Of a stretch of 64,000 bases of DNA, positions 1-10,726 are shown piece by piece; within the stretch, counting starts at the first letter, position 1, and every line of letters starts with the position of its first letter. The DNA is taken from NCBI GenBank assembly GCA_966211615.1, contig CBIHNZ010000017.1, positions 22,954-86,953 of the forward strand. Reading direction: 5' to 3'. Source of the DNA: an uncultured Sphingomonas sp. GTDB taxonomy: Bacteria; Pseudomonadota; Alphaproteobacteria; Sphingomonadales; Sphingomonadaceae. A program made the translations under genes and the position numbers. The notes beneath the pieces are model-generated. The model ran no database searches, was not told the origin of the DNA, and saw only the letters and a list, made by a program, of their open reading frames with translations.

Positions 1-1055
1 CGGCCGGGATCTCCCTCGGGGAAGGCGAAGCGCGGATCCTTGGCGAGCGCCTCCATCCGCGCGCCGACGGACCCTTGCGAATAGCCTTCCTTCTTGAGGA
101 TGGCGTCCATCTCGGACTGGATCTTCGCGAGCTGGTCGAGGCCCATCTGGTGGACCTCCTGCGGCGTCATCGTCGTGGTCGTGCCCGCGCGCAGTGCCCA
201 GGCATAATAGGCGTCGCCGTCCTTGAACTTCCAGACGCCCGCCTCGGGCCGGGCGCGGGCGCGGTGGCGCTCCAGCTCCGCGATCTGCTTGTCGAGCGCG
301 GGGCCGACCTTGTCCTTGGCGAGCATCCAGGCGCGCTCGCCGAAATCGCCGTCCATGCCCGCGGTGCGATTGGCGACCGACGTCACCAGCCCCCAGCCGG
401 CAGGGTTGCCGCCGCGCGCGAGCTTGATCTGCTTCAGGCACTTGTCGAGCAGGAAGTCGGGGGCGATCACTCCCTTGGCCGCGGCCAGCTTGAGCCGCTC
501 GGTCTCGCCATCGAGCTGTTCGGCATAGGATTCGAGGCGATCGAGATAGGCCTCGCCATCCTCCGGCGTCGCGATCTGGTGGTCGCTGTCGAGCATGCGC
601 GGCACGTCGAGGAACGCGCCGACATTCTGGACGACGACATAGGGCGAGTTCCGCCACCCGCCCACGGCGACATCGCCATAGCCGAAGGCGAAGCCGTCGA
701 GCGAATTGGCGAAGCAGGTCTGGATCACGTCGATATTGGTGCGCATCGCCGGGCTGAGCGCGTTGAGATCGAGCTTGGCGATGTCCGCCAGCGCCTGGCG
801 GAGATGCTGGGTCACCTTGCGCTGGCCCTTGAGCGAGCGATCGGCGAGCTGGTGCTTGAGCTGCGCGCGCTTGTCCTTGTCGATGCCCAGCGTCGTGGCG
901 GTCTCGGGATAATCGCCCAGGAACGTCTCCGCGACGCGGCCGATCAGTGCCTCCGCGGCGGCATCGGACGTGCCGGGCAGGGCGCGGGCGGGGAGGGTGG
1001 TGAGCGCAAGCGTGGCGCCTGCGCCGAGCAGGACTTGGCGGCGATCGGAACGCAT
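1..1055 (-). CDS. DUF885-family protein with Tat-like signal peptide (3' end runs off the window)
   Basis: Manual minus-strand translation from ATG 1055: MRSDRRQVLLGAGATLAL...YPETATTLGIDK...WRNSPYVVVQNVGAFLDVP. Twin-Arg signal and DUF885-like sequence. Absent from the ORF track because the stop lies outside the window. Confidence 0.8.
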   Translation of the reverse strand, partial: MRSDRRQVLLGAGATLALTTLPARALPGTSDAAAEALIGRVAETFLGDYPETATTLGIDKDKRAQLKHQLADRSLKGQRKVTQHLRQALADIAKLDLNALSPAMRTNIDVIQTCFANSLDGFAFGYGDVAVGGWRNSPYVVVQNVGAFLDVPRMLDSDHQIATPEDGEAYLDRLESYAEQLDGETERLKLAAAKGVIAPDFLLDKCLKQIKLARGGNPAGWGLVTSVANRTAGMDGDFGERAWMLAKDKVGPALDKQIAELERHRARARPEAGVWKFKDGDAYYAWALRAGTTTTMTPQEVHQMGLDQLAKIQSEMDAILKKEGYSQGSVGARMEALAKDPRFAFPEGDPG

Positions 1056-1090
1056 AGGGACTTCCTCGGGAGGGTCTGGCTGTGAGGGAT

Positions 1091-1534
1091 TCAGGCGGGT
1101 TCGACGTCGAGCGAGAGGCCGCGCGCGCCGATAATGCGCACCTTTGCGCCCGCCGGCGTATCCGGGCCGTGCGCGAGCCATTCGCCGTCGCCGACGCGGA
1201 CGCGTCCCTGGCCGGCCTCGATCGGCTCGACCACGGTGACGACTTCGCCGACCAGCCGCGCGACGCGATCGTTGAGCAGAGGATCCGAGCTCGGCACGGG
1301 ATTGTTGACGTACCAGTTGCGGCCCACCGCGACCGCCGCCGCCGAGGCGATGACGAACACCATCACCTGAAAGGTGAGGGCGAAATCGGGGATGATCAGC
1401 GTCACCACGCCGGTGATCGCCGCGCCCGCCGCCACGAAGACCAGGAAGATGCCCGGCACCATCAGCTCGACCAGCGCGAGCACCGCGGCAAGGATCAGCC
1501 AGGACAGCCCCGGCATGGCGAGGAGCGCGTGCAT
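1091..1534 (-). CDS. NfeD-family membrane protein (C-terminal OB fold)
   Basis: Hydrophobic N-terminus (WLILAAVLALVELMVPGIFL), then GRVRVGDGEWLA; directly downstream of an SPFH gene, the canonical pairing. Confidence 0.9.
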   Translation of the reverse strand: MHALLAMPGLSWLILAAVLALVELMVPGIFLVFVAAGAAITGVVTLIIPDFALTFQVMVFVIASAAAVAVGRNWYVNNPVPSSDPLLNDRVARLVGEVVTVVEPIEAGQGRVRVGDGEWLAHGPDTPAGAKVRIIGARGLSLDVEPA

Positions 1535-1535
1535 C

Positions 1536-2540
1536 TTATCCCTCCTGTTGCGGCGTGAAGGGCGAAGGCCGCGGACGCGGCGCCGCCGACGGCTTGGGCG
1601 CGCCGCCACCGCCGCCGCCACTGCTGCCCCCGCCGATCGCCTCGCGGGCGAGTTCGCCGATGCCGCCCAGCGTGCCCATCAGCTGGGTCGCCTCGACCGG
1701 GAACAGGATCGTCTTGGCATTGGGCGAGGTGGCGAACTTGCCGATCGCCTCGACATATTTCTGGGCGATGAAATAGTTGATCGCCTGGGTGCTGCCGCTC
1801 TCGATCGCGTCGGAAACCGAGCGGGTCGCGGTCGCTTCGGCCTCGGCCGAGCGTTCGCGCGCCTCCGCGTCGCGGAACGCGGCCTCGCGGCGGCCCTCGG
1901 CCTCGAGGATCTGCGACTGCTTCTGGCCCTCGGCACGCAGGATCTCGGAGGCGCGCATGCCCTCGGCCTCGAGGATGTTGGCGCGCTTTTCGCGCTCGGC
2001 CTTCATCTGGCGGCCCATCGCGTTGACGATGTCGGCGGGCGGGCGGATGTCCTTGATCTCGACGCGGGTGATCTTGACCCCCCAGGGGGTGGTCGCATGG
2101 TCGACGACGTTGAGCAGCCGGGCGTTGATCTCGTCGCGCTTCGACAGCGTCTCGTCGAGGTCCATCGAACCCATCACGGTGCGCAGGTTCGTCGTGGTGA
2201 GCTGGAGCAGCGCCAGATACAGGTCCGACACTTCATAGGCGGCCTTGGCGGCGTCGAGGACCTGGAAGAACACCACGCCGTCGGTGGAGATCATCGCATT
2301 GTCCTTGGTGATGATCTCCTGCCCCGGAATGTCGATCACCTGCTCCATCATGTTCACCTTGCGGCCGACGCGATAGAAGAAGGCGGGATAGAAATTGAGG
2401 CCGGGCGAGGCGACGGCGGTGAAGCGGCCGAAATATTCGATGGTGTACTGATAGCCCTGCGTCACGATCTTCACGCTGGAGAAGAGGTAGAGCAGCACGA
2501 CGGCCACCAGGACGATCAGAAAGATATTCAGCACTTCCAT
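1536..2540 (-). CDS. SPFH/band-7 (stomatin/QmcA-like) protein
   Basis: N-terminal TM helix, ITKDNA motif, LRTVMGSMDLDETLSKRDEINARL, MKAEREKRA coiled coil. Start set at MEVLNIF (ATG 2540). Confidence 0.93.
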   Translation of the reverse strand: MEVLNIFLIVLVAVVLLYLFSSVKIVTQGYQYTIEYFGRFTAVASPGLNFYPAFFYRVGRKVNMMEQVIDIPGQEIITKDNAMISTDGVVFFQVLDAAKAAYEVSDLYLALLQLTTTNLRTVMGSMDLDETLSKRDEINARLLNVVDHATTPWGVKITRVEIKDIRPPADIVNAMGRQMKAEREKRANILEAEGMRASEILRAEGQKQSQILEAEGRREAAFRDAEARERSAEAEATATRSVSDAIESGSTQAINYFIAQKYVEAIGKFATSPNAKTILFPVEATQLMGTLGGIGELAREAIGGGSSGGGGGGAPKPSAAPRPRPSPFTPQQEG

Positions 2541-2590
2541 TCCCCCGACTCCGCTCGCAATTGACACCCTTGCTAGCATAGAGATGGCCG

Positions 2591-3406
2591 ATGACCACAG
2601 CCCGCTTGGCGCCCCGGACGGCGCTGTTCCTCCCCGCTTCCAATCCCCGCGCGATCGAGAAGGCGCGCGGGCTGGATGCCGACATGATCATCCTGGACCT
2701 GGAGGATGCCGTGAAGCCCGATGCCAAGGATGCGGCGCGCGCGGCGGCGGTGATCGCGGCGGGCGAGGGGTTCGGGCACCGGCTCTCGGCGATCCGGGTC
2801 AACGGGATCGATGCGGCGGAGCACGGTGCCGATATGGCGGCGGTTGCCGGCTCGGCCTGTGATTTCGTGGTGGTGCCCAAGGTCGAGCGCGCGGAGGAGG
2901 CGGCACGCGTGGCCGCTGCCTGCGGCAAGCCGCTGCTGGCGATGATCGAGACCGCGCGCGGCGTGCTCGCCGCGGCGGATATCGCGGCGGTGCCGGGCGT
3001 GGGCGGGCTGATCGCCGGGGTGAACGATCTCCGCGTGTCGCTGGGGATACCGGCCGACGGCGGGCGCGAAGGGTTGCTGCTGTCGCTCCAGACGGTCGTG
3101 CTCGCGGCGCGGGCGAGCGAGGTCTGGGCGTTCGACGGGGTGTTCAATGCGCTCGACGATGCCGAGGGGCTGGCGGCGGAGTGCCGGCACGGACGCGCGC
3201 TCGGGTTCGACGGCAAGTCGCTGATCCATCCCAACCAGATTTCGGTGGCCGCGAGCGCCTTCGGTCCGAGCGAGGCCGAACTCGCCGATGCCCGGGCGCT
3301 GATCGCCGCGGCGAGCGGCGGCGCCGAGCGTTTCCGCGACCGGATGATCGAGGCGATGCATGTCGAGCAGGCGCGGGCGCTGGTGGCGCGCTCGGCCGGA
3401 GATTAG
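2591..3406 (+). CDS. CitE-like CoA-ester lyase (HpcH/HpaI aldolase/citrate lyase family)
   Basis: LFLPASNPRAIEKA, ILDLEDAV, MIETARGV and GFDGKSLIHPNQI motifs. Confidence 0.9.
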   Translation: MTTARLAPRTALFLPASNPRAIEKARGLDADMIILDLEDAVKPDAKDAARAAAVIAAGEGFGHRLSAIRVNGIDAAEHGADMAAVAGSACDFVVVPKVERAEEAARVAAACGKPLLAMIETARGVLAAADIAAVPGVGGLIAGVNDLRVSLGIPADGGREGLLLSLQTVVLAARASEVWAFDGVFNALDDAEGLAAECRHGRALGFDGKSLIHPNQISVAASAFGPSEAELADARALIAAASGGAERFRDRMIEAMHVEQARALVARSAGD

Positions 3407-3454
3407 CGCGCGAAATGTGACGCTGGCGCAACGTTCTGCCCGGCGGCGCGCTAT

Positions 3455-3859
3455 ATGAAGTCCATGTCTGACTTGCGTACCCTGGACGTGGAATTGCTGG
3501 CGACGATCGCCGCGCTCGAGGCGCTGAACGCGCAGCCCGATTTCGACCTGAAAATCCTGTCGAACGTGCGTTACCGCATCTCGCGCGCGATCGTGGCGCG
3601 GCGCAAGCTCGTCGATGCTCTGCTTCAGGACGTCATCGCCGGCGGCGGCGAGAAGGCCGAGATCGCCCGTGCCGAGCTCGATCGGAGCATGGTGGTGCGG
3701 GCCCAGTATACGGCGCATGTCAGCGCCTGGGCGCCGGCGGCGGTGGCGCGGGACTGGCCGGGCTATTGCGAGGCCTGCGCCAGCTTGCGCAAGGCGATAC
3801 GCGCCAAGATCGCCGCGCAGAAGCCGATCCTCTATCCCTGGCTTGCGCTGGCCCCCTAG
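3455..3859 (+). CDS. Hypothetical all-helical protein, degenerate hemerythrin-like
   Basis: Fills the gap between the lyase and guaB; C-terminal W..DWPGY...I..Q..ILYP pattern recalls sphingomonad hemerythrin-like proteins. Confidence 0.6.
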   Translation: MKSMSDLRTLDVELLATIAALEALNAQPDFDLKILSNVRYRISRAIVARRKLVDALLQDVIAGGGEKAEIARAELDRSMVVRAQYTAHVSAWAPAAVARDWPGYCEACASLRKAIRAKIAAQKPILYPWLALAP

Positions 3860-5380
<1,521 letters not shown>

Positions 5381-5389
5381 GCCTTGGGG

Positions 5390-5670
5390 CTTCCAATGTA
5401 GGATTTCGGCTGCTTTCGTTGCGAGCATGACAATTGCCGCGCCTGCCTTTGCCTGTGTCGACGTCTTTGGCGGCGCCCCGGTGTCGCGTGGATGTGGCAA
5501 AGGTGTCGCGGCCTTGTCGCGTCGGCGCGGCGGAGGTGTCGCGTCCATGGCGCGTCGGCGTGGCGCCGGCGTCGCGCCCGTGTCGCGTCGGTGTCGCGAG
5601 AGTGGCGCTTGGGTGTCGCGTCGCTGTCGCGTCCGAGCGAAAAACCCGGGTACGCGTAAACTTCGTCAAT
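5390..5670 (-). repeat. Dispersed intergenic element copy A with 15-unit 11-bp phased array
   Basis: Minus-strand motifs ATTGACGAAGTTTAC (5670-5656) and AAATCCTACATTGGAAG (5406-5390). TGTCGC-like hexamers every 11 bp from 5471 to 5625 on the plus strand. Confidence 0.85.
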
Positions 5671-5686
5671 TCCGCGGGTGTTTGTC

Positions 5687-6871
5687 GTGACGCCCGCGGC
5701 GCGTACCCAGGCGGCGATCGACCTGCTCGATCGGATCATCGATGCTGCGCGTAACCAGGGCGCGGCCGCCGACACGCTGATCGCCCGCTGGTTTTCCGAA
5801 CGGCGCTATGCCGGGTCCAAGGATCGCCGTGCCATTCGCGAGCTGGTGTATGACGCGATCCGGCTGTGCGGCGAGCGGCCGGAGAACGGCCGCGCGGCGA
5901 TGCTTGCGCTGGTCGGGGTGCGGCCCGAACTGGACGCCGGTTTCGACGGGTCGGGCTATGGACCCGCTGTGATCGCGCCGGGCGAGTCCGTCGCAGCGAC
6001 GGGCCATCTGCCTCGATGGCTGGCCGATGCGATGCGAGCTTCGGGACTGGACGAGGCGGAGCAGGCGGCGCTGCTGGAGCGGGCGCCGCTCGATCTGCGG
6101 GTCAATCGGCTGAAGGCGGATGTCGCCGCGATAGCGGCGCAGCTTCCGGACGCGGTGCCGCTTGCCGAAGTTCCTGATGGCCTGCGCCTCCCGGGTGACA
6201 CGCCGATCGAACGGATGCCCGCCTATGAGGCGGGGCAGTTCGAGGTGCAGGATGCCGGCAGCCAGCTGGTGACGCTGGCGGCGGGCGCCGAGCCGGGCAT
6301 GCATGTGATCGATCTGTGTGCCGGCGGTGGCGGCAAGACGCTGGCGCTGGCCGCAGCGATGGAGAATCGCGGCTCGATCCTGGCGAGCGACATCGACCGG
6401 CCCAGGCTCTCGAAGCTCGCGCCGCGGGCCCAGCGCGCCGGCGTGACGATCGTCGAGACGCGCCTGCTCGATCCGCGCCGCGAGGCCGAGAAGCTGGCCG
6501 ATCAGGCGGGACAGGCCGATATCGTCCTGATCGATGCGCCCTGTTCGGGCACCGGCACCTGGCGGCGCAATCCCGAGGCACGGTGGCGGCTGACGCCCGA
6601 TCGCCTGTCGAAGCTGACGGAGACCCAGGCGATGCTGCTCGATCTCGCGGCGGGGCTGGTGAAGCCGGGCGGGTCGATCGTCTATATCGTCTGCTCGCTG
6701 CTCGATGCCGAGGGTGCGGACCAGGCGCGGCGCTTTCTGGATGCGCATCCGGGCTGGAAAGCGGTGCCGCCGGACCTACATGCGGGTACCCCGCGCGGAC
6801 CCGGACTGCGGCTCACGCCATTCAGGGACTCGACCGACGGCTTTTTTGTCGCGAAGATGACGATGCCATGA
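5687..6871 (+). CDS. RsmB/NOP-family RNA cytosine methyltransferase
   Basis: [11 protein letters not shown] start (GTG 5687), [35 protein letters not shown]. Confidence 0.92.
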   Translation: MTPAARTQAAIDLLDRIIDAARNQGAAADTLIARWFSERRYAGSKDRRAIRELVYDAIRLCGERPENGRAAMLALVGVRPELDAGFDGSGYGPAVIAPGESVAATGHLPRWLADAMRASGLDEAEQAALLERAPLDLRVNRLKADVAAIAAQLPDAVPLAEVPDGLRLPGDTPIERMPAYEAGQFEVQDAGSQLVTLAAGAEPGMHVIDLCAGGGGKTLALAAAMENRGSILASDIDRPRLSKLAPRAQRAGVTIVETRLLDPRREAEKLADQAGQADIVLIDAPCSGTGTWRRNPEARWRLTPDRLSKLTETQAMLLDLAAGLVKPGGSIVYIVCSLLDAEGADQARRFLDAHPGWKAVPPDLHAGTPRGPGLRLTPFRDSTDGFFVAKMTMP

Positions 6872-6903
6872 TAGCGACAAGGCCCTCAATTTCGGAGATT
6901 TCA

Positions 6904-7413
6904 ATGCGGATCACGGCGATCTCGGCAGCGCTTGCGCTGGTGGTGCTGACGGTGTCCACCGGGCTTCACGCCCAGCGGCCCGACGACCAGATCGATCCCA
7001 AGTCGCTCGCGCTGCTGGAGCAGGGCCGTGCGGCCCGGGCAGCGGGCAACGTCCAGGGTGCCAACGACGCGCTGGAGAGCGCGCTTGCAGTCGATCCGCG
7101 CAACCGCGAGGCCTTCATCGTCCTCGCCGAGATCGCGCGCGGCAGCGGTCTTCCGGGCAAGGCGATCCGTCTCTACCGCGAGGCGCTGACGCTCGAGCCC
7201 AACGACCTGTCGGCGCTGCGCGGCCAGGGCGAGGCCATGGTCGCCAAGGGTGCGGTCGAGCGCGCCAAGGAGAATCTCGCCAAGATCAAGACGGTCTGCG
7301 CCACCGCCTGCAACGACGCCACGGCACTCGCGGCGGTGATCGCCAAGGGCCCGCCGGTGACCTCGACCGCGCAGGCCGAGGAGCCGGCCAAGCCGGTGAC
7401 CGCGAAGCCCTAG
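6904..7413 (+). CDS. Exported TPR-repeat protein
   Basis: Signal peptide followed by TPR-like repeats ([23 protein letters not shown]). Confidence 0.85.
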   Translation: MRITAISAALALVVLTVSTGLHAQRPDDQIDPKSLALLEQGRAARAAGNVQGANDALESALAVDPRNREAFIVLAEIARGSGLPGKAIRLYREALTLEPNDLSALRGQGEAMVAKGAVERAKENLAKIKTVCATACNDATALAAVIAKGPPVTSTAQAEEPAKPVTAKP

Positions 7414-8225
7414 CTCAGCGCCCGGGCGATCGAGACGAATTCCTCGATCGTGACGGTTTCGGCGCGGCGGCTGGAATCGATACCGAGCGCCTCGAGTGCG
7501 GCAAGCGCGCCGGGCACGCCCTTCAGGCTCTGCCGCAGCATCTTGCGCCGCTGGCCGAACGCGGCGCCGGTCACGGCTTCGAGGACGGGCAGGCGGACCC
7601 CTTCGGGCGGTTCGACGGGCACGATATGGACCACCGCCGACATCACCTTGGGCGGCGGGGTGAAGGCAGAGCGGTGGACCGTCATCGCGATCTTCGGCGT
7701 CGATCGCCACTGCGCGAGCACCGCGAGCCGGCCATAATGCTCGGTCCCGGGGGCCGCGACGATCCGCTCGGCGACTTCCTTCTGGAACATCAGCGTCAGA
7801 CTGGCCCACCAGGGCTGCCACTCGGCCGAGAGCCAGCCGACCAGCAGCGCCGTGCCGACATTATAGGGCAGGTTGGCGACGATATGGGGCTTGCCGGCAA
7901 AGAGGGCTGGCGCATCGACCTCGAGCGCGTCGCCCTCGATCACCCGCAGCTTGCCGGGGAAGGAATCGCCGAGCTCGGCCAGCGCAGGGATGCAGCGACG
8001 GTCGCGCTCCACGGCAACGACGCTGGCGCCCGCCTCGAGCAGCGCGCGGGTCAGGCCGCCGGGTCCGGGGCCGACCTCGAACACCTCGGCACCCGCCAGG
8101 TCGCCCGGCACGCGAGCGATGCGGGCGAGCAGCTGGCCGTCGAACAGGAAGTTCTGCCCCAGCGCCTTGCTTGCGCTGAGACCATGCCGGCGGATGACGT
8201 CGCGAAGCGGGGGGAGTTCGCTCAC
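7410..8225 (-). CDS. rsmA: 16S rRNA adenine dimethyltransferase
   Basis: [38 protein letters not shown]; start GTG 8225 overlaps the pdxA stop. Confidence 0.97.
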   Translation of the reverse strand: MSELPPLRDVIRRHGLSASKALGQNFLFDGQLLARIARVPGDLAGAEVFEVGPGPGGLTRALLEAGASVVAVERDRRCIPALAELGDSFPGKLRVIEGDALEVDAPALFAGKPHIVANLPYNVGTALLVGWLSAEWQPWWASLTLMFQKEVAERIVAAPGTEHYGRLAVLAQWRSTPKIAMTVHRSAFTPPPKVMSAVVHIVPVEPPEGVRLPVLEAVTGAAFGQRRKMLRQSLKGVPGALAALEALGIDSSRRAETVTIEEFVSIARALS

Positions 8226-9229
8226 AAGACTCCCGCGGCCGCGGTTTCGGCGCGGCGCTGGGCGGCACTGGCGGCCATGCGGATCGCGGCGATCATCGCC
8301 CCCGGATTGGCCTCGTCGCGGCCGGCGATGCCGAATGCGGTGCCGTGATCGGGCGAGGTGCGGACGATCGGCAGGCCGAGCGTGATGTTCACACCCTCGT
8401 CGAAATGGAGCGTCTTGATCGGGATCAGCGCCTGATCGTGATAGGCGCAGAGCGCGGCGTCGTAGCCGGCGCGGGCGCGGGGATGGAACATGGTGTCGGC
8501 GGCGAACGGGCCGACCGCGTCGATCCCTTCCTCGCGAAGCTGCGCGATCGCGGGCATCAATATGTCGATCTCCTCGCGCCCGATCTCGCCGCTCTCGCCG
8601 GCGTGCGGATTGAGCCCGGCAAAGGCGAGCCGGGGCCGCTCGATCCCGAAATTGCGGAGCAAGCCGCGGGCGGTCACGCGGGCCTTGGCGAGAACCAGCT
8701 CCTGGGTGAGGAGCGACGGCACCTCGGCAAGCGCGATATGAACGGTCATCGGCACGACCCGGAGCGTGGGCCCGGCGAGCATCATCACGGCGTTGTCGCC
8801 GGAGACGCCGCAACGCTCGGCGACGAACTCGGTCTGGCCGGGATGGGTGAAGCCGATGCGATAGAGCTGCGCCTTGGAGACGGGTCCGGTGACGACTGCG
8901 CCCGCCGCGCCCGCGCTGGCAAGTCCGACCGAGATCTCGAGCGACTGGAGCGCGCAGCGGGCGCTGTCGACGTCGGGGGTGCCCGGCGTCACGGTGCCCG
9001 CCTCGTTGATCGACAGCACGGGCAGCGCTGCCGGAAACGCCTCGAACGCTTCCTCGGGACTGGAGATGCGCGTGATCGGGCCGTCCCAGACGCGTTCGAC
9101 CGCCCGGATGTCGCCCACGGCGAAGAAGGGCGCGAGCGAATGCAACTCGCGCGCCTTCCAGGCCTTGGCGGTGATCTCGGGGCCGACCCCGGCCGAGTCG
9201 CCCATGGCAATGGCGAGCGGAGGAATCAT
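8222..9229 (-). CDS. pdxA: 4-hydroxythreonine-4-phosphate dehydrogenase
   Basis: [42 protein letters not shown]. Confidence 0.97.
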   Translation of the reverse strand: MIPPLAIAMGDSAGVGPEITAKAWKARELHSLAPFFAVGDIRAVERVWDGPITRISSPEEAFEAFPAALPVLSINEAGTVTPGTPDVDSARCALQSLEISVGLASAGAAGAVVTGPVSKAQLYRIGFTHPGQTEFVAERCGVSGDNAVMMLAGPTLRVVPMTVHIALAEVPSLLTQELVLAKARVTARGLLRNFGIERPRLAFAGLNPHAGESGEIGREEIDILMPAIAQLREEGIDAVGPFAADTMFHPRARAGYDAALCAYHDQALIPIKTLHFDEGVNITLGLPIVRTSPDHGTAFGIAGRDEANPGAMIAAIRMAASAAQRRAETAAAGVL

Positions 9230-9248
9230 CACCGCTCGCCCGCCGGCA

Positions 9249-10604
9249 TCATCGATATTCGACCAGCGCGTCGCGGCGCAGATCACGCAGCATGCGCTGC
9301 GCGCGCAGATTGACGCGCTGATCCTCGATCTGCTCCTGGAGCTGCTCGGCCGTCGGCATATTGGCCATTTTCGGCTCGTCGCGGCCACAGATCACGAGCA
9401 CGCGAACGCCGTCCTGGATCGTGCCGAACGGCTGCGTAACCTGACCGACCTGGAGCGGCATGACGATGTTCTGGAGCGCCGGCGGCAGTTCGCGCAGCAC
9501 GATCCCGTCCTTGTCGACGACTTCGGCGTTCTGCGCACCCGCGACCTTTGCGACGTCGCCGCAACCCTTGATCGCCTGGGTCGCCGTGGCAAACTCGCCG
9601 GCGCGGGCGGTGGCCTGTGCCTCGGTCGTGCCCGGCGCGAAGTTGATCGTGAGCTGGCGCAGGCTGAGCTGTGCGTCGAGCGGATTGGGCATCAGCACCT
9701 GGCGCTTCTCAGCAAGATAGAGGATCGAGAAGCCGGTCGGCAGCTCGATCGGGCCCGCGACCTGGCCGGGGCTCATCTCCTGCGCCGCCTTGGCGAGCGC
9801 ATCGGGAAGCATCGCGGGGCGCACCCAACCGAGATCGCCGCCCTGCGCCTTGGTCGAGCTTTCCGAATAGGTGCGCGCGAGATAATCGAACGGCGCGCCA
9901 TCGCGCATCTGCTGGATCATCTTCTGCATGCCGGCAAAGACTTCCTGCGAGCGATCCGAAGTGGCGTTCTGGTAGATTTCGTAGACGTGGAACTCGTCGC
10001 TGCCCTTTGCCGCCTTCATGCGATCGATCATCGCCTGAACCTCGGCCTCGCCGACATTGATGTTGACGCGACGGCGCAGCAGGCGGCTCCAAGCCATTTC
10101 AGCCTCGATCTGGCGCTTGACCGAGCGCTCCGACGAGCCGTTCTGCTTGAGCCAGGTGCGCATTTCCTCCGGCGTCCGGTTGAAGTTCTTCGAGACGCGG
10201 CCGAAACCCTGCTCGATTTCCTTCGGCTCGACGGTGATCTCGTTGGCCTTGGCCTCCTGGATCTGGAGCGTCTCGTCGATCAGCTGGCGCAGCATCGCCA
10301 GGCGGAGCTGGTCGCGCTCCTCCGGCTTGAGACTGGCGAGATTGAGCTTCTGCAGCCCGACGATCATCGCGACGCGCTGATCAACATCGGTACCGGTGAT
10401 CACGACATCGTTCACGATCGCCGTGGGCTTGCGGATATTGGGGTCCGCCTTGCCGAAAATCTGGAGGTTCGACGGCAGGTCGAGGCCGGTCGACGGCACC
10501 GACTGATCAGGAACGGTTTGCGCCCCCGCGATCGTCGCCAGTCCCGCAACACCCAGCGCCAGAACCAACTTGCGGCCAGCGCGGACCGTCTTTGCAACAC
10601 TCAT
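9249..10604 (-). CDS. surA: SurA-like periplasmic peptidyl-prolyl isomerase/chaperone
   Basis: Signal peptide, AIVNDVVIT, parvulin motif YSESSTKAQGGDLGWV, position in lptD-surA-pdxA-rsmA. Exact start uncertain. Confidence 0.88.
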   Translation of the reverse strand: MSVAKTVRAGRKLVLALGVAGLATIAGAQTVPDQSVPSTGLDLPSNLQIFGKADPNIRKPTAIVNDVVITGTDVDQRVAMIVGLQKLNLASLKPEERDQLRLAMLRQLIDETLQIQEAKANEITVEPKEIEQGFGRVSKNFNRTPEEMRTWLKQNGSSERSVKRQIEAEMAWSRLLRRRVNINVGEAEVQAMIDRMKAAKGSDEFHVYEIYQNATSDRSQEVFAGMQKMIQQMRDGAPFDYLARTYSESSTKAQGGDLGWVRPAMLPDALAKAAQEMSPGQVAGPIELPTGFSILYLAEKRQVLMPNPLDAQLSLRQLTINFAPGTTEAQATARAGEFATATQAIKGCGDVAKVAGAQNAEVVDKDGIVLRELPPALQNIVMPLQVGQVTQPFGTIQDGVRVLVICGRDEPKMANMPTAEQLQEQIEDQRVNLRAQRMLRDLRRDALVEYR

Positions 10605-10726
10605 CTTCACGTGAAGCCGTACCCTCATCCATGTCCGGATCGCCGCGCTTAGTGCGCAATTGTGCCTGAACCAAGGCTGAGCGACGATTCGGTCTTTGCG
10701 GCGGCGTGCGCCGATATGGCGAGAGC

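Noticed and set aside
1555-1640. GGC/CCG low-complexity run
   Set aside because: Encodes the Gly/Pro-rich tail of the SPFH protein.
5471-5635. Possible CRISPR array or iteron origin
   Set aside because: Units are 11 bp with 5-bp variable parts; no 25-40-bp repeats with unique spacers, and no cas or rep gene.
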